In this document: in pieces, positions 20,399-32,641 of the stretch
Layout of the letters: each line of letters begins with the position of its first letter
Numbering within the stretch: the stretch's first letter is position 1
Position numbers and translations under genes: made by a program
NCBI GenBank assembly: GCA_963774265.1
Contig: CAVZDU010000001.1
Span: forward strand, 224,001-288,000
DNA: 64,000 nt
Direction of reading: 5' to 3'
Source of the DNA: an uncultured Chloroflexia bacterium
GTDB taxonomy: Bacteria > Chloroflexota > Anaerolineae > CG2-30-64-16
The notes under the pieces: model-generated
The model's input: only the letters and a program-made list of their open reading frames with translations
Told to the model about the DNA's origin: nothing
The model's database searches: none

Positions 20399-22044
20399 TC
20401 CGGGGGCTGCTCCACCTCCTGCCGCTCGGTTTCCTGGGGGTCTTCTTCTTCTATCCCCTGCTCGCGGTGGTGGTGCAAAGCTTTGCGCCGGGGGGCCAGC
20501 TCAACCTGGCCCCTATGGCCAACCTGTGGCGTGAGCCGTATTTCGGCCGCGCCCTGTGGTTCACCACCTGGCAGGCGACCCTCTCTACAGGGCTGACGCT
20601 GGCACTGGGGATGCCGGCCGCTTTCGTGTTCGCCCGCTACCGCTTCCCCGGCAAGAGCGTGTTGCGCGCGCTGACCACGATCCCGTTCGTGCTGCCGGCC
20701 ATGGTCGTCGCAGCTGCGTTCACCGCGCTGCTGGGCCCACGCGGCTGGCTCAACGGCCTGCTGATGGCTTGGTTCGAGCTGGCGCGGACCCCGATTCGCC
20801 TCCAACAGACCATCTGGCTGATCCTGCTCGCCCACGCTTTCTACAACACCACCGTCGTCGTGCGCATCGTGGGCGGGTTCTGGGCCAACCTGGACACCCG
20901 GCTGCCCGAAGCCGCGCGGGTGTTGGGGGGGAACCGGGCACGCGTCTTCTGGGAGGTCACGCTGCCGCTGCTGCTGCCGGCCGTCGCCGCGGCAGGGCTG
21001 CTGGTCTTCCTCTTCTGCTTCACCAGCTTCGGGGTGATCCTGATCCTCGGCGGGCCGCGCTTCGCCACGCTGGAGGTGGAGATCTACCGCCAGGCGGTGA
21101 CACTGTTCCGCCTGCCCGAGGCAGCGGCGATCAGCCTGGCGCAGATCGTGCTGACCTTCGTGGTCATGGCCATCTATACCCGCGCGCAGGCACGCGCCTC
21201 GCTGCCGCTGAACCTGCGACCGGCCGCGGCGACCGAAGTCCCGCCCACCACGCCGGTCCACAAGATCCTTGTGGGCCTCACCGCCGTCGGGCTGCTGATC
21301 TTTCTCGTGGCGCCGCTGGCAGCGTTGGCCCTCCGCTCGCTCGCGCCCGGCGACCCGCTGCGCTACTACCGCGAGTTGTTCGTCAATCGCACGAATTCGA
21401 TCTTCTATGTGGCGCCGGGCATTGCCATCCGCAACAGCCTGGTCTTTGCGCTGATCACCACCGTCCTGGCGTTGATCATCGGGACCTTAACGGCCGTGCT
21501 GATGTCGCGGGCGCGCACGCTCGGCGCCGCGCTGCTCGATCCGCTCGTCCTGCTCCCCCTCGGCACGTCCGCGGTCACCCTGGGTTTCGGCTATCTGTTG
21601 ACCATGGGGCAGCCGCCGCTCAACCTGCGCGCCTCGCCGGTGCTGGTGCCCATTGCGCACACGCTGGTCGCGTTTCCTTTTGTCGTGCGCACCTTGCTGC
21701 CGGTCATGCGCGGGATGAACCCCGACTGGCGCGAGGCCGCGGCCGTGCTCGGGGCATCGCCGTGGCGCGTCTGGCGCGAGATCGATCTGCCCATCGTGGG
21801 CCGGGCGCTGATGGTCGCGGCCTTGTTCGCGTTCACCGTCAGCATGGGCGAGTTCGGCGCAACCTTGCTGATCGCGCGGCCCGAATTCCCGACCATGCCG
21901 GTGGTGATCTACCGGCTGCTGGGCCAGCCCGGCGCGCTGAACTACGGGCAGGCGATGGCCATGAGCACGCTGCTGATGCTGGTGTGTGCGGTTGCGTTCG
22001 TGCTCATCGAGCGCTTCCGTGTCGGTCAAGTCGGGGAGTTTTAG
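20362..22044 (+). CDS. thiP: Thiamine ABC transporter permease
   Basis: Two EAA loops, FLFCFTSFG, SMGEFGAT. Confidence 0.88.
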   Translation: MAAGVDRRRAALVRGLLHLLPLGFLGVFFFYPLLAVVVQSFAPGGQLNLAPMANLWREPYFGRALWFTTWQATLSTGLTLALGMPAAFVFARYRFPGKSVLRALTTIPFVLPAMVVAAAFTALLGPRGWLNGLLMAWFELARTPIRLQQTIWLILLAHAFYNTTVVVRIVGGFWANLDTRLPEAARVLGGNRARVFWEVTLPLLLPAVAAAGLLVFLFCFTSFGVILILGGPRFATLEVEIYRQAVTLFRLPEAAAISLAQIVLTFVVMAIYTRAQARASLPLNLRPAAATEVPPTTPVHKILVGLTAVGLLIFLVAPLAALALRSLAPGDPLRYYRELFVNRTNSIFYVAPGIAIRNSLVFALITTVLALIIGTLTAVLMSRARTLGAALLDPLVLLPLGTSAVTLGFGYLLTMGQPPLNLRASPVLVPIAHTLVAFPFVVRTLLPVMRGMNPDWREAAAVLGASPWRVWREIDLPIVGRALMVAALFAFTVSMGEFGATLLIARPEFPTMPVVIYRLLGQPGALNYGQAMAMSTLLMLVCAVAFVLIERFRVGQVGEF

Positions 22045-22048
22045 CCTG

Positions 22049-23221
<1,173 letters not shown>

Positions 23222-23371
23222 CGGGGGCTGACGGGCCCCAACGGGCACGAACGGTCGTTCTGAATATTTGACTTTTCGGTCCGATCGGTGTATCCTTACG
23301 CCAAGGTCCGACGATGGGCCATGCACGAAAACCATGATTTCACGCCGAGCATTTTGAAGGAGAACACGCAC

Positions 23372-23782
23372 ATGTACCAGAAAACCGTCGTCATCGGACA
23401 CCTCGGGCGGGACCCCGAGATGCGCTACACCCCCACTGGCGTCCCCGTCACCAGCTTCAGCGTCGCCACCACGCGCAAGTGGACCAACCAGAACGGCGAA
23501 TCGCAAGAGAAAACCACCTGGTTCCGCGTCACGTGCTGGCGAAAAACGGCAGAATTGGCCGCCCAGTACCTTAAAAAGGGCCGTCTAGTGCTGGTCGAGG
23601 GCGACGTCGACGCCTCGGCCTATACCGACCGCGAGGGGGCTCCACGCGCCTCGCTGGAACTGACCGCAACCACCCTTAAGTTCCTGGGCGGCTCGCGGGA
23701 GGAAGGTGGCGGCGCACCGGGCGCCGGGCCCGCCGGCGGCGGCGAGGATTTCCCCGCCCATGAGGATGACCTGCCGTTCTAA
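23372..23782 (+). CDS. ssb: Single-stranded DNA-binding protein
   Basis: GHLGRDPEMRYT, C-terminal DDLPF. Confidence 0.96.
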   Translation: MYQKTVVIGHLGRDPEMRYTPTGVPVTSFSVATTRKWTNQNGESQEKTTWFRVTCWRKTAELAAQYLKKGRLVLVEGDVDASAYTDREGAPRASLELTATTLKFLGGSREEGGGAPGAGPAGGGEDFPAHEDDLPF

Positions 23783-23909
23783 CGGATCCAGGGCAGTCCC
23801 ACTCCACGGCACGGCGCGCTGCGTCGTGCCGTTTTTGTGCCCTTGCAGCGCGTTGACGCAGGCCCCCGCTTGGGGTAGACTGTTCGCAGATTCCCCTTAG
23901 GAGGCCCAC

Positions 23910-24221
23910 ATGGCCCAGCCCACTCAAAACCAGCCCCAGATCAATATCGAATTACCCGCGGATCTGGAAGCGATCTACAGCAACTTCGCGATCATCAGCC
24001 ACTCGCCGTCCGAGATCGTCATCGACTTCGCGCGGCTGTTGCCAGGCTCGCCCAAGTCGAAGGTGCTCACGCGCATCATCCTCACCCCACTCAACGCGAA
24101 GCTCCTCCTGCGGGCGCTGCAGGAGAACCTGAACAAGTACGAGGAGAAGTTCGGCGAGGTGCGCACGCCCAGCGACACCGGGTTCGAGACGCCGGATCGC
24201 ACGCTCGGCTTCAAGCACTAG
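23910..24221 (+). CDS. DUF3467 domain protein
   Basis: [37 protein letters not shown]. Confidence 0.85.
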   Translation: MAQPTQNQPQINIELPADLEAIYSNFAIISHSPSEIVIDFARLLPGSPKSKVLTRIILTPLNAKLLLRALQENLNKYEEKFGEVRTPSDTGFETPDRTLGFKH

Positions 24222-24253
24222 CAGCGCAGCGCCATCAAGGGAGACGGCCCATC

Positions 24254-24964
24254 ATGCCCCTCAACGAAGCCCTCACCGAATACTATCCCACCATCAAGGA
24301 ACTGCCCGAAGGCGAGCGGCCGCGCGAGCGGCTGGAGCACTACGGCCCATCCGCGCTCAGCAGTGCGGAGCTCATTGCGATCATCCTGCGGGTGGGCACG
24401 AAGGACGAGAACGTCATCCGGCTGGCCCAGCGGCTGCTGACGGGTTACGGCGGGCTGGCCGGGCTTGCCCAGGCGCCATTTGTGGAGCTGACCGAGATCA
24501 AGGGGCTCGGCCCCGCGAAGGCCACGCAATTGAAGGCGGCATTTGAGCTGGGCCGGCGCCTGCTGGTTGCCGCACCGCACGAGCGCCCCGTGGTCAAGTC
24601 GCCCGCGGACGCAGCCAACCTGCTCATGATGGAGATGGCCCCGCTGGAACAGGAACACCTGCGCACCGTGATCATGGACAGCAAGAACCATGTGCTGAAG
24701 ATCCACACGGTGTATGTCGGGTCATTGAACACGGCCGTGGTGCGCGTGGGCGAACTGTTCCGTGAAGCGATCCGCCTGAACGCGGCCGCACTGATCGTCG
24801 CCCATAACCACCCCTCCGGCGACCCGACCCCGTCACCCGAAGACGTGCACGTCACGCGCCAGATCGTGGAGGCGGGGAAGCTGCTCAACGTCGACGTGTT
24901 GGACCACCTCGTGATCGGCCAGCAGCGCTGGGTCAGCCTGAAGGAGCGCGGGCTGGGATTCTGA
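24254..24964 (+). CDS. radC: RadC (JAB domain) protein
   Basis: [27 protein letters not shown]. Confidence 0.95.
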   Translation: MPLNEALTEYYPTIKELPEGERPRERLEHYGPSALSSAELIAIILRVGTKDENVIRLAQRLLTGYGGLAGLAQAPFVELTEIKGLGPAKATQLKAAFELGRRLLVAAPHERPVVKSPADAANLLMMEMAPLEQEHLRTVIMDSKNHVLKIHTVYVGSLNTAVVRVGELFREAIRLNAAALIVAHNHPSGDPTPSPEDVHVTRQIVEAGKLLNVDVLDHLVIGQQRWVSLKERGLGF

Positions 24965-24972
24965 GGTAGTGT

Positions 24973-25767
24973 ATGACTGTTGTCGAAATACCCCCCGCCC
25001 TCGAGCTTGACCCTCAGGTCGAAGCGGAGGTCTCAGCACTGCTGTTTGAGCATTTCGCTCCCGGCTATGGCGCCGCTACGCCGGACCATATCGCCAACTT
25101 AATGGCCCACGATCACTATTCGGCCGGTTACTACTATCTGAAGTCGCTGGTCGGACCGGAGATCTTCAACGGCCAATCGCGTGTCCTTGTCTCCGGCTGT
25201 GCGGCAGGCGGCGAGATGATCGCGGCGCGGCAGTGGGGATTTGGCGAAGTATTTGGCGTAGAAGTAGACCCGATCTAGGTCACCGCATGCGAGAAGCGGA
25301 TGGCGGGCCTTCCAGGCATGCATGTCGCGTGCTACGAAGCTCTTCGTCTGCCGTATGAAGACGCGATGTTCGACGTCGTGAGTTCGATTCACGTCATCGA
25401 GCACGCCTGGGATCCGAAACTGTATCTCGCCGAACTGCTCCGGGTGCTTAGGCCGGGCGGGTACGTGGTCCTGGAGTACCCGACCCGCTATCACCGGGAG
25501 GAACTCCACACGAGATTACCCTCGCTGGAGTGGTTGCCTCGCCCCTTGCGCAACGCAGGATACCGTCTGCGTGCCAACCGGTTTTCCCGGATACCAGAGG
25601 AATCCAAACAACGCTATCGCAACATCTACGAAACGAATCTGCGCCAGATCAGCTATCCCGCGATCAGGTGGTGGGCAAGGACAAGCAGGTATCGCGCCGA
25701 GTTTCTGAACCTCACGAGAGTTTCGCCCGGCATCATTCGCCTGCTCATCCAGAGGAAGGCTGACTAG
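24973..25767 (+). pseudogene. Class I SAM-dependent methyltransferase with in-frame TAG
   Basis: VLVSGCAAG, GVEVD, LPYEDAMFDVV, VIEH, RVLRPGG; both halves in one frame, stop at 25276-25278. Confidence 0.75.
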
Positions 25768-26062
25768 AAGTTTTCGGAAGCACGGTCGCGCCAAATGGAT
25801 GGATCAGATCCGAAATCGCTCGATCAGACCTACGAAGCCGTGTGGGAAACCTTTGTCTCAGCGGGCAGGATCGAGCTTGCGTCCGGCTCGCGCAAGCGTT
25901 CCCTCAATGTCGGGGAAGGAGAATCCCTCGGTGAAGCGCGCGTACACGCCGGCCAGGCTACCGAGGATGAAGACTGGCAGTTGGGCCAGACGGCGTGCCA
26001 CCCCTTTCGACGCATTTGTGGTATCATTTGTGATGTACTTTCACCGACTATAGGCAGGTCAA

Positions 26063-26221
26063 ATGCCTTATCGTTTCGAATGGAATGGTCGTAAGGCAAC
26101 TCTCAATATCGGAAAACACGGGGTTAGTTTTGACGAGGCCAGCACCGTGTTCGATGACCCGTTGGCAGCCATCTTTGACGATGAAGCGCACTCAACATAT
26201 GAAGACAGCCTCAACTCCTGA
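26063..26221 (+). pseudogene. BrnT toxin, N-terminal half only
   Basis: Hand translation MPYRFEWNGRKATLNIGKHGVSFDEASTVFDDP...HS; no C-terminal RIISAR. Confidence 0.8.
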
Positions 26222-26481
26222 ATCCGAACAAGACGCAGTTGATGATCTGCGCCCAGAGTATAACTTCGACTACAGCAAGGCCCGTCCCAACCGATTTGCA
26301 GGGGAGGTTGATAAGAGCCAGGTGGTCGTAATGCTCGATCCGGATATTTCCGAGGTCTTTACGACCCCTGAATCGGTAAATGCCGTCCTGCCGCGCGCTC
26401 ATCAAAACCATGCCGACAACACAAGTTAAGCCCCGTCGCAAGACGTCATCAGAATCAGCGCGTAAACCGGCTTTTCGCTAG
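26199..26481 (+). CDS. BrnA-like antitoxin (frameshift near 26390)
   Basis: DDLRPEYNFDYSKARPNRFA...LDPDISEVF...VNAVL. Confidence 0.75.
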
Positions 26482-26633
26482 TGGATGGCAGTGGTGAGGT
26501 CGAAGTGGTGTTCGGTTGAGCACGCTGCACGAGTGCTCTTCTTTCCTCCTGCGTGAGTATCAGCTATTCCACGTCACTCCAGAACCTCGTAACAGTAAAT
26601 GGGTAAATGATTCCCCTTGTGAGGCTTTGAAGC

Positions 26634-27221
26634 ATGGGAGCAAACGTTTTCGCCACGATTGCGCCGTTCTACGGCCTGTTCTACGATCTTCAAAAGCGAA
26701 GTTTCGACGCAGTTCTGGACAGGGTGCAGGCCGATTTGGCGCTGTCCGCATACAAAAGCATCATCGATGTCGGGTGTGGGACCGGCGCGCTCTGCTCCGT
26801 GCTTAACCGGCGCGGGTTCATCGTCACGGGGGTGGATCCGGTGCAAGGCATGCTGAGCGTCGGCGCGCAGAAGCAGGAAAACCGGGGGATTGAATTCGTA
26901 CAGGCCAGCGCTACCGAACGAATGCCCTTCGAAGACAAGAGCTTTGATGTCGCGATTGCGTCCTATGTGGCCCACGGCTTGAAGGAGCCCGAAAGACGCC
27001 TGCTGTACGCGGAGATGAAACGGCTTTCGAAGCACCTCGTGGTCATCTACGACTACAACGGGAACCGATCAGCCTTGACGGACATCGTGGAATGGCTGGA
27101 GGGCGGCGACTATTTCAATTTCATCAAAAAGGTGAAGGGCGAGCTGGGGGAGGTGTTCGGCGAGGTCCGCACGATCGACGTGGACGTGCGCGCGACGTGG
27201 TATGTCTGTGCACCGGACTGA
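26634..27221 (+). CDS. Class I SAM-dependent methyltransferase
   Basis: IIDVGCGTG, MPFEDKSFDV. Confidence 0.88.
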   Translation: MGANVFATIAPFYGLFYDLQKRSFDAVLDRVQADLALSAYKSIIDVGCGTGALCSVLNRRGFIVTGVDPVQGMLSVGAQKQENRGIEFVQASATERMPFEDKSFDVAIASYVAHGLKEPERRLLYAEMKRLSKHLVVIYDYNGNRSALTDIVEWLEGGDYFNFIKKVKGELGEVFGEVRTIDVDVRATWYVCAPD

Positions 27222-27269
27222 CGCGCAGCCCATCCAGCTCAAGTGCGTGACGTAGCAATATCTGAGTTC

Positions 27270-27989
27270 CTAAGCGTAGCCGCGCTGCCTGGCGGCCTCG
27301 AGGATCGCGGCCGTGGCCGTGGCGCCGATGCGGGTGACGCCCAGGCTGCGCACGCGCAACACATCGTCGAGCGTGCGGACGCCACCCGCGGCCTTGATCT
27401 GCACCTCGGCCGCGCTGTGCTGCCGCATGAGCTTCAGCACGTGATCCGTCGCACCCTGGTAGTTGTAGTCGCCGTTCGGCTTCTTGACGAAGCCGTAGCC
27501 GGTGGATGTCTTGACGAACGCCACGCGGTGCTCGGAGCAAATCTCACAGAGCCGGACAATGTGGCGATCCTCCAGGTAGTCCGTCTCGAAGATCACCTTG
27601 AGAATCGCCCTTTGCGTGAGCGCCGCGTGGTTGATGGCCTTGATCTCCTCCGATACATAGGCCCAGTCATCACCTAGCGCTTTCCCGATGTTGATGACCA
27701 TATCCACTTCGGTCGCGCCATCCGCGATGACGTGCAATGTCTCGGCGAACTTGATGCGTGGGTTGCTGTTTCCGTGAGGGAAGTCGATGACCGCGCAGAC
27801 GCCGACATCCGAACCCGCTAACAGGTCACGGGCCATCGACACCGCGTAGGGCTTGACGCAGACCGTGGCGACGCCATAGCGCCGCGCTAACTCACACCCC
27901 TCCCGGATGACCGCATCGGTCATCGTCGGGTGCAGGAGCGAGTGGTCGATCATCTTCGCCAGGCTGCGCAGCGTGATCGTATCTTCCAT
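27270..27989 (-). CDS. deoC: Deoxyribose-phosphate aldolase
   Basis: IDHSLL, FPHG, EVDMVINIG, FVKTSTG, IKAAGGVR, RIGAT. Confidence 0.96.
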   Translation of the reverse strand: MEDTITLRSLAKMIDHSLLHPTMTDAVIREGCELARRYGVATVCVKPYAVSMARDLLAGSDVGVCAVIDFPHGNSNPRIKFAETLHVIADGATEVDMVINIGKALGDDWAYVSEEIKAINHAALTQRAILKVIFETDYLEDRHIVRLCEICSEHRVAFVKTSTGYGFVKKPNGDYNYQGATDHVLKLMRQHSAAEVQIKAAGGVRTLDDVLRVRSLGVTRIGATATAAILEAARQRGYA

Positions 27990-27995
27990 GGAAGC

Positions 27996-28697
27996 CTACG
28001 GGTTGTTCTTGGCCGCGACCTCGTCGAAGAGCGCTTCGAGCGCACGATACTCCGGGGTCTTGATGTTCTCGCCCTTGCCCCCGCCGCGCAGCCACTTCTT
28101 GACGCCCTTCGTATCCAGCACGGGCACGACCGGCTCGTTGATCTGGAGGTCCGCGCGCGGATCGATGAAGATGATCGCGGGCTGGGCGGTGACGGTGCTG
28201 TCGGGCAGCTTGCCCCGAATCCACTCGGTCAGCTTCGCCGCGTTGGCCTGGGCCTCCTGCGTGGGGTTGCCCATGCCCTCCTGGCTGAACGCCATCAGCA
28301 GGCGGCCCAGGCTGAACTTGCTCTTCCACTGCGCGCCGTTGACACTGATCTTGCCGGTCTGGTCGCGCGTGAGGAAGGTGTACAGCCCCTGGGGCGTGAG
28401 GAGCACGAACGGGGCCGGCAACGACCATGAGTAGAGGTGGTAGCGGTCGTCGAAGCCCTTCAGGCTCTCCTCGATGATCTGGTCGGGCCGGGGCGAGCGG
28501 CCATACCGGCGCAGGTTGTAGTTGCCGTACTGCGCGAGCGCGAAGCCCGCAATGAGGGCAAGCATCGAAACCCACACGAAGCGGGGCTGAAAAGATGCGA
28601 ACATGCCAAGCCCCAGGACGGCGATGCCGCCAAGGCTGGCATAGGTGCCGAGACGAGACCGGCGTTTGACGAGTTTGGTGTTGGTGGTGACGCGCAT
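27996..28697 (-). CDS. Membrane-anchored NERD/nuclease-related domain hypothetical protein
   Basis: Two N-terminal TM helices followed by a soluble alpha/beta domain; good codon usage. Confidence 0.6.
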   Translation of the reverse strand: MRVTTNTKLVKRRSRLGTYASLGGIAVLGLGMFASFQPRFVWVSMLALIAGFALAQYGNYNLRRYGRSPRPDQIIEESLKGFDDRYHLYSWSLPAPFVLLTPQGLYTFLTRDQTGKISVNGAQWKSKFSLGRLLMAFSQEGMGNPTQEAQANAAKLTEWIRGKLPDSTVTAQPAIIFIDPRADLQINEPVVPVLDTKGVKKWLRGGGKGENIKTPEYRALEALFDEVAAKNNP

Positions 28698-28751
28698 ATG
28701 CTTCTTTCTATCGATTAATGGAAGATTGAAGATAGAAGATTGTGTAGATCC

Positions 28752-29784
28752 TCAATTGGAGATCGCCTCCTGGATGGCCTGCACCAGGTTCTGCTGCACG
28801 CTCTTTTCGGCCATGCGGATCATGCTCCGGATGGCTTTGACATCGCTGCGGCCGTGGCCGATGACGACAACGCCATTGACGCCCAACAACGGCGCGCCGC
28901 CGATCTCACGCCAGTCCATGCGCTGGCGCAGCTTCCTTGATGCCCGGCCAGAGCAGGGCCAGGCCGGGCAGCGCCAGGATCAGGCCCGGGATCATGAGCA
29001 ACAGGCCGAGCTTGTTGCGCAGGCCACCGGTGAACTGGCGCTTGAGGAATTTGAGCAGGAACGACACCACGCCTTCGGTCAGCTTGATGATCACGTTGCC
29101 GGTCAGCCCGTCCGTGACCACGACGTTGGCCTGCCCGCGGCCGATGTCCTTGCCCTCGACGTTGCCGACGAAGTTCAGGCCGCTGGCCTGCAGCAGCGGG
29201 TAGGTCTCGCGGATGAGCATGCTGCCCTTGTCGGCTTCTTCGCCGTTGGAGACGATGCCGACCTTGGGCTGCTCGATGCCGAACATGACCCGTGCGTAGG
29301 TGTGGCCCATGATCGCAAACTGCACCAGGTACTCCGGCTTGCAGTCGGCATTGGCGCCGATGTCGACGATCAGGCACGGCACGGGCGCGGCGGGGTAGAT
29401 GCTGCCGAGCGCCGGCCGCTCGACCCCGCGAATGCGGCCCAGCCCGAACAGCGCCGCGGCCATCACCGCGCCGGAATTGCCCGCGGAGGCGAAGGCGTGC
29501 GCCTCGACCTTCCTTCACCAGCCGCATGCCGACCATGAGGGAGGAGTCCTTCTTGGCCTTGACGGCCATGGTGTGCTCCGCCATCTCGACGACTTCGGAC
29601 GCGTGGACGATCTCGATGGGCAGGCTGGCGGTGTCGCCCTGCTTGGCGAGCTCAGCCCGCACCGACCTCCTCGATGCCGACCAGGATGATCTGCGGTCCC
29701 GCGCTCGCGCGCCTCAGCCACTGCGCCCGCCACGACCACACCCGGCGCGTGATCGCCGCCCATGGCATCCACGACGATCTTCAT
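28752..29784 (-). CDS. plsX: Phosphate acyltransferase PlsX (frameshifted in this assembly)
   Basis: VDAMGGDHAP, SAGNSGA, DIGANAD, GNVEG, VVTDGLTGNV, GGAPLLG, GHGRS. Confidence 0.93.
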
Positions 29785-29785
29785 G

Positions 29786-30633
29786 CTATGCGTCCTCCAC
29801 CCGATGGCAGGCCAGACCGAGCAGGCCGGGGCCGCCCAGCGCGGCGAGCATGCCCAGGTCAAAGATGACGTGCTCTCTCACGTTGATGCCGCGCCCGCAC
29901 ACGCTCGAAGAACGCGGCGACCTCGTCGGGCACATTGCAGTGGCCCACGGCGACCCGGGCCGGCGCGCCACCGAGCGCAGTCGCCATCAGGTCGATCATA
30001 TACTCCTGGGCCCTGCGCTGGGTGCGCACCTGGGCCACCGGCTCCAGCCGGCCTTCCTGCGTCACCATGATCGGCTTGATGTTGAGCAGGTCTCCGACCG
30101 TCCCGCGGAACCGCGGCACGCGGCCGCTGGCGATGATGTATTTCAGGTTGGCCGGCGTGAACGCCATATGGACATCGTCCCGCATCGACTCCAACCGGGC
30201 GAGAATGGCCTCCACGGAGAAACCGTCGCGCACCATCTCGGCTGCAGCGATGGCCAGCCAGCCCGCGGCCATGGAAACGTGCAGCGCATCCCACACGTGC
30301 ACCGGCACGGCCGCGGATTCGGCCGCGAGCACCGCCCTGTCATAGGTTCCGCTGGCGCGGCTGGACACCGTCACCGCGATGATTTGCTCGGCGCCCTCAT
30401 CCGCAGCACGCTGGAAGGCCTCGGCAAACTGCTGGGGTGGCGGCTCCGCGGTCGTCGGCAGGCGGTCGGCGCTTGCCAGCCGGCGGTAGAACGTCTTCCA
30501 GCGAAAGCTCGACCTTGTAGAGGAAGCTCTCCTGCCCGAAATTGACGACTGCAGGCGCCTCAACGATATTGAGCCGCTGGAGGATTGCCTCGGGGATATT
30601 CGTGCTGGAGTCGGTTACGATGCGGACGCGCAT
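29786..30633 (-). CDS. DegV/FakB fatty-acid-binding protein (frameshifted in this assembly)
   Basis: IVTDSS, PTTAEP, SGTY, SGRV, LNIKPI, GGPGLLG. Confidence 0.9.
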
Positions 30634-30798
30634 GCTCGTCTTTCGCAGATCATTCTGCAGCGAAGTAGTCTCGAGAGTATACGACAGGTCACCCGCCTTG
30701 GCAAACGTCCTTCGGCTCGCTCTGAGAAAGCCAAAGCATCCTGAGCGGAACGCATTGCAGCATAAGACACAAAACCACCCGGTTTTCGAAACGATGAC

Positions 30799-30887
30799 TT
30801 GACAGCCGCCCGGCGCGGTGCTAAGATGCCCTGCGTCTGGGGAGAATCAAGACTTTTGTTTGACAAAGCTGGGAAAGGGGCTATAAT
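30799..30887 (+). promoter_or_regulatory. Tandem sigma70 promoters upstream of tRNA-Leu
   Basis: TTGACA-17-TAAGAT and TTGACA-16-TATAAT. Confidence 0.75.
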
Positions 30888-30901
30888 CTTTCCCACAAGA
30901 T

Positions 30902-30984
30902 GCCCCCGTGGTGGAATTGGTATACACGGCAGGTTGAGGGCCTGTGTCCATATGGACGTGCCCGTTCGAGTCGGGCCGGGGGCA
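30902..30984 (+). tRNA. tRNA-Leu (anticodon GAG)
   Basis: Acceptor GCCCCCG/CGGGGGC, anticodon arm GCAGG-TTGAGGG-CCTGT, long variable arm, GTTCGAGTC; CCA not encoded. Confidence 0.95.
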
Positions 30985-31267
30985 TCCGCAATACTCTTCT
31001 GAGTTCCCCCGACGCAGCGAATGCCGACCGGTTGTACGACAACCTGTCACATGATGAATCCACAGACGGCCTACCCGGGGTGCAGTGCGCCAGGGGGCCG
31101 CCTTTTTGTGTCCGGGCCGTACAGGGAGCCGCATCGTCGCAGCAGTCGCACCTCCCATTGCTCCGAAGAGGCTCCTCATAGGCGACTGGACCTGCGATCA
31201 GCCGGTTGCAGGGCCGCGGAGCATGAGCAACTTCCGTTCTCAGCGCACTTACAACGGGTGAGGCCAG

Positions 31268-32565
31268 ATGAAAGACCAGTTGTTACGGAAAATACAAGAG
31301 CGCAAGGCCGTGGTGGCCGTGGTGGGCCTGGGTTACGTGGGCCTGCCCCTGGCCGTCGCCTTTGCCGAGCAAGGTTTCCCGGTGGTCGGGATCGACGTGG
31401 ACCCGAACAAGATCGCCGCGCTGCAGCGCGGGGAATCCTACGTCCAGGACATCCCCTCGGAACGGCTCGCGGGCATCCTGCCGTCCTTCTCCACAACCAC
31501 GGACTACGCGGCCCTCGCCCACTGCGATGCAGCGATCATCTGCGTGCCGACGCCGCTGAACAAGACCCGCGACCCGGACGTGCGCTTCCTGATCGCCGCC
31601 GGCGAGTCGGCGGCCAGTACATCCACCCCGGCATGTTGGTCGTCCTCGAATCCACCACCTATCCCGGCACGACCGAAGAGCTGCTGCTGCCGATGCTGAC
31701 CGCGCCGGCCGTGCTGCAGCGCCTCGGCATCGACCGCTTCGAGGTGGGCCGGGATTTCTTCCTGGCCTTTTCGCCCGAGCGCATCGACCCCGGCCGCCAG
31801 GACTACACGGTGGAGAACACGCCCAAGGTCGTCGGCGGCGTGACGCCCGCGTGCCGCGAAGTTGCCGTCGGCCCTCTACGCTCAGGCCATCCAGCGCATC
31901 GTGCCGGTCTCCTCGACGCAGACGGCCGAGATGGTCAAGCTGCTGGAGAACACCTTCCGCGCCGTGAACATCGCGCTGGTCAACGAAATGGCGATCATGT
32001 GCGACAAGCTGGGCATCGACGTGTGGGAGGTGATCGAGGCGGCGGCGACCAAGCCCTACGGCTTCATGAAGTTCACGCCCGGCCCCGGCGTGGGCGGCCA
32101 CTGCATCCCGCTCGACCCGCACTACCTGTCGTGGAAGCTGAAGACGCTGAACTACAACGCCCGCTTCATCCAGCTGGCCGGCGAGATCAACAGCGAGATG
32201 CCGCGCTACTGGGTGGACAAGGTGCAGGATGCGCTGAACGAGCGCGGGCAAGCCGATGAAGGGCAGCCGGGTGCTGGTGCTGGGCGTGGCCTACAAGAAG
32301 GACATCGACGACGTGCGCGAATCGCCGGCGCTGGACATCATCGAGCTGCTGCGCAGCGAAGGGCGCCGACGTGCGCTACCACGATCCCTACGTCCCCGCG
32401 CTGTCCCACAACGGCCACGGCCTGAGCGCCGAACCCGACCTGGAGCAGGCGTTGCACGCCGCCGACTGCGTGGTGATCGTCACCGATCATTCGGTCTACG
32501 ACTGGGGCGATATTGTGCGACGGGCAGCCTGCCTGGTCGACACGCGTCACGTCACATCGACATAA
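31268..32565 (+). CDS. UDP-sugar (GlcNAc/ManNAc/Glc) 6-dehydrogenase (frameshifted in this assembly)
   Basis: [47 protein letters not shown]. Confidence 0.92.
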
Positions 32566-32641
32566 CAGTCCGGGCACAGCCATTTCGCCGGGCGGCGACG
32601 GTGCGCTTTCGCCGCCCTATTGACATAGGAGGGATGCGCCA

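Noticed and set aside
30695-30760. GGCAAAC...CAAAGC resembling a c-di-GMP-I riboswitch
   Set aside because: P2/P3 pairing and GNRA loop cannot be built; lies upstream of the tRNA promoters
30902-31110. tRNA-Leu as attachment site of an integrative island
   Set aside because: No integrase and no duplicated tRNA 3' end seen in the window
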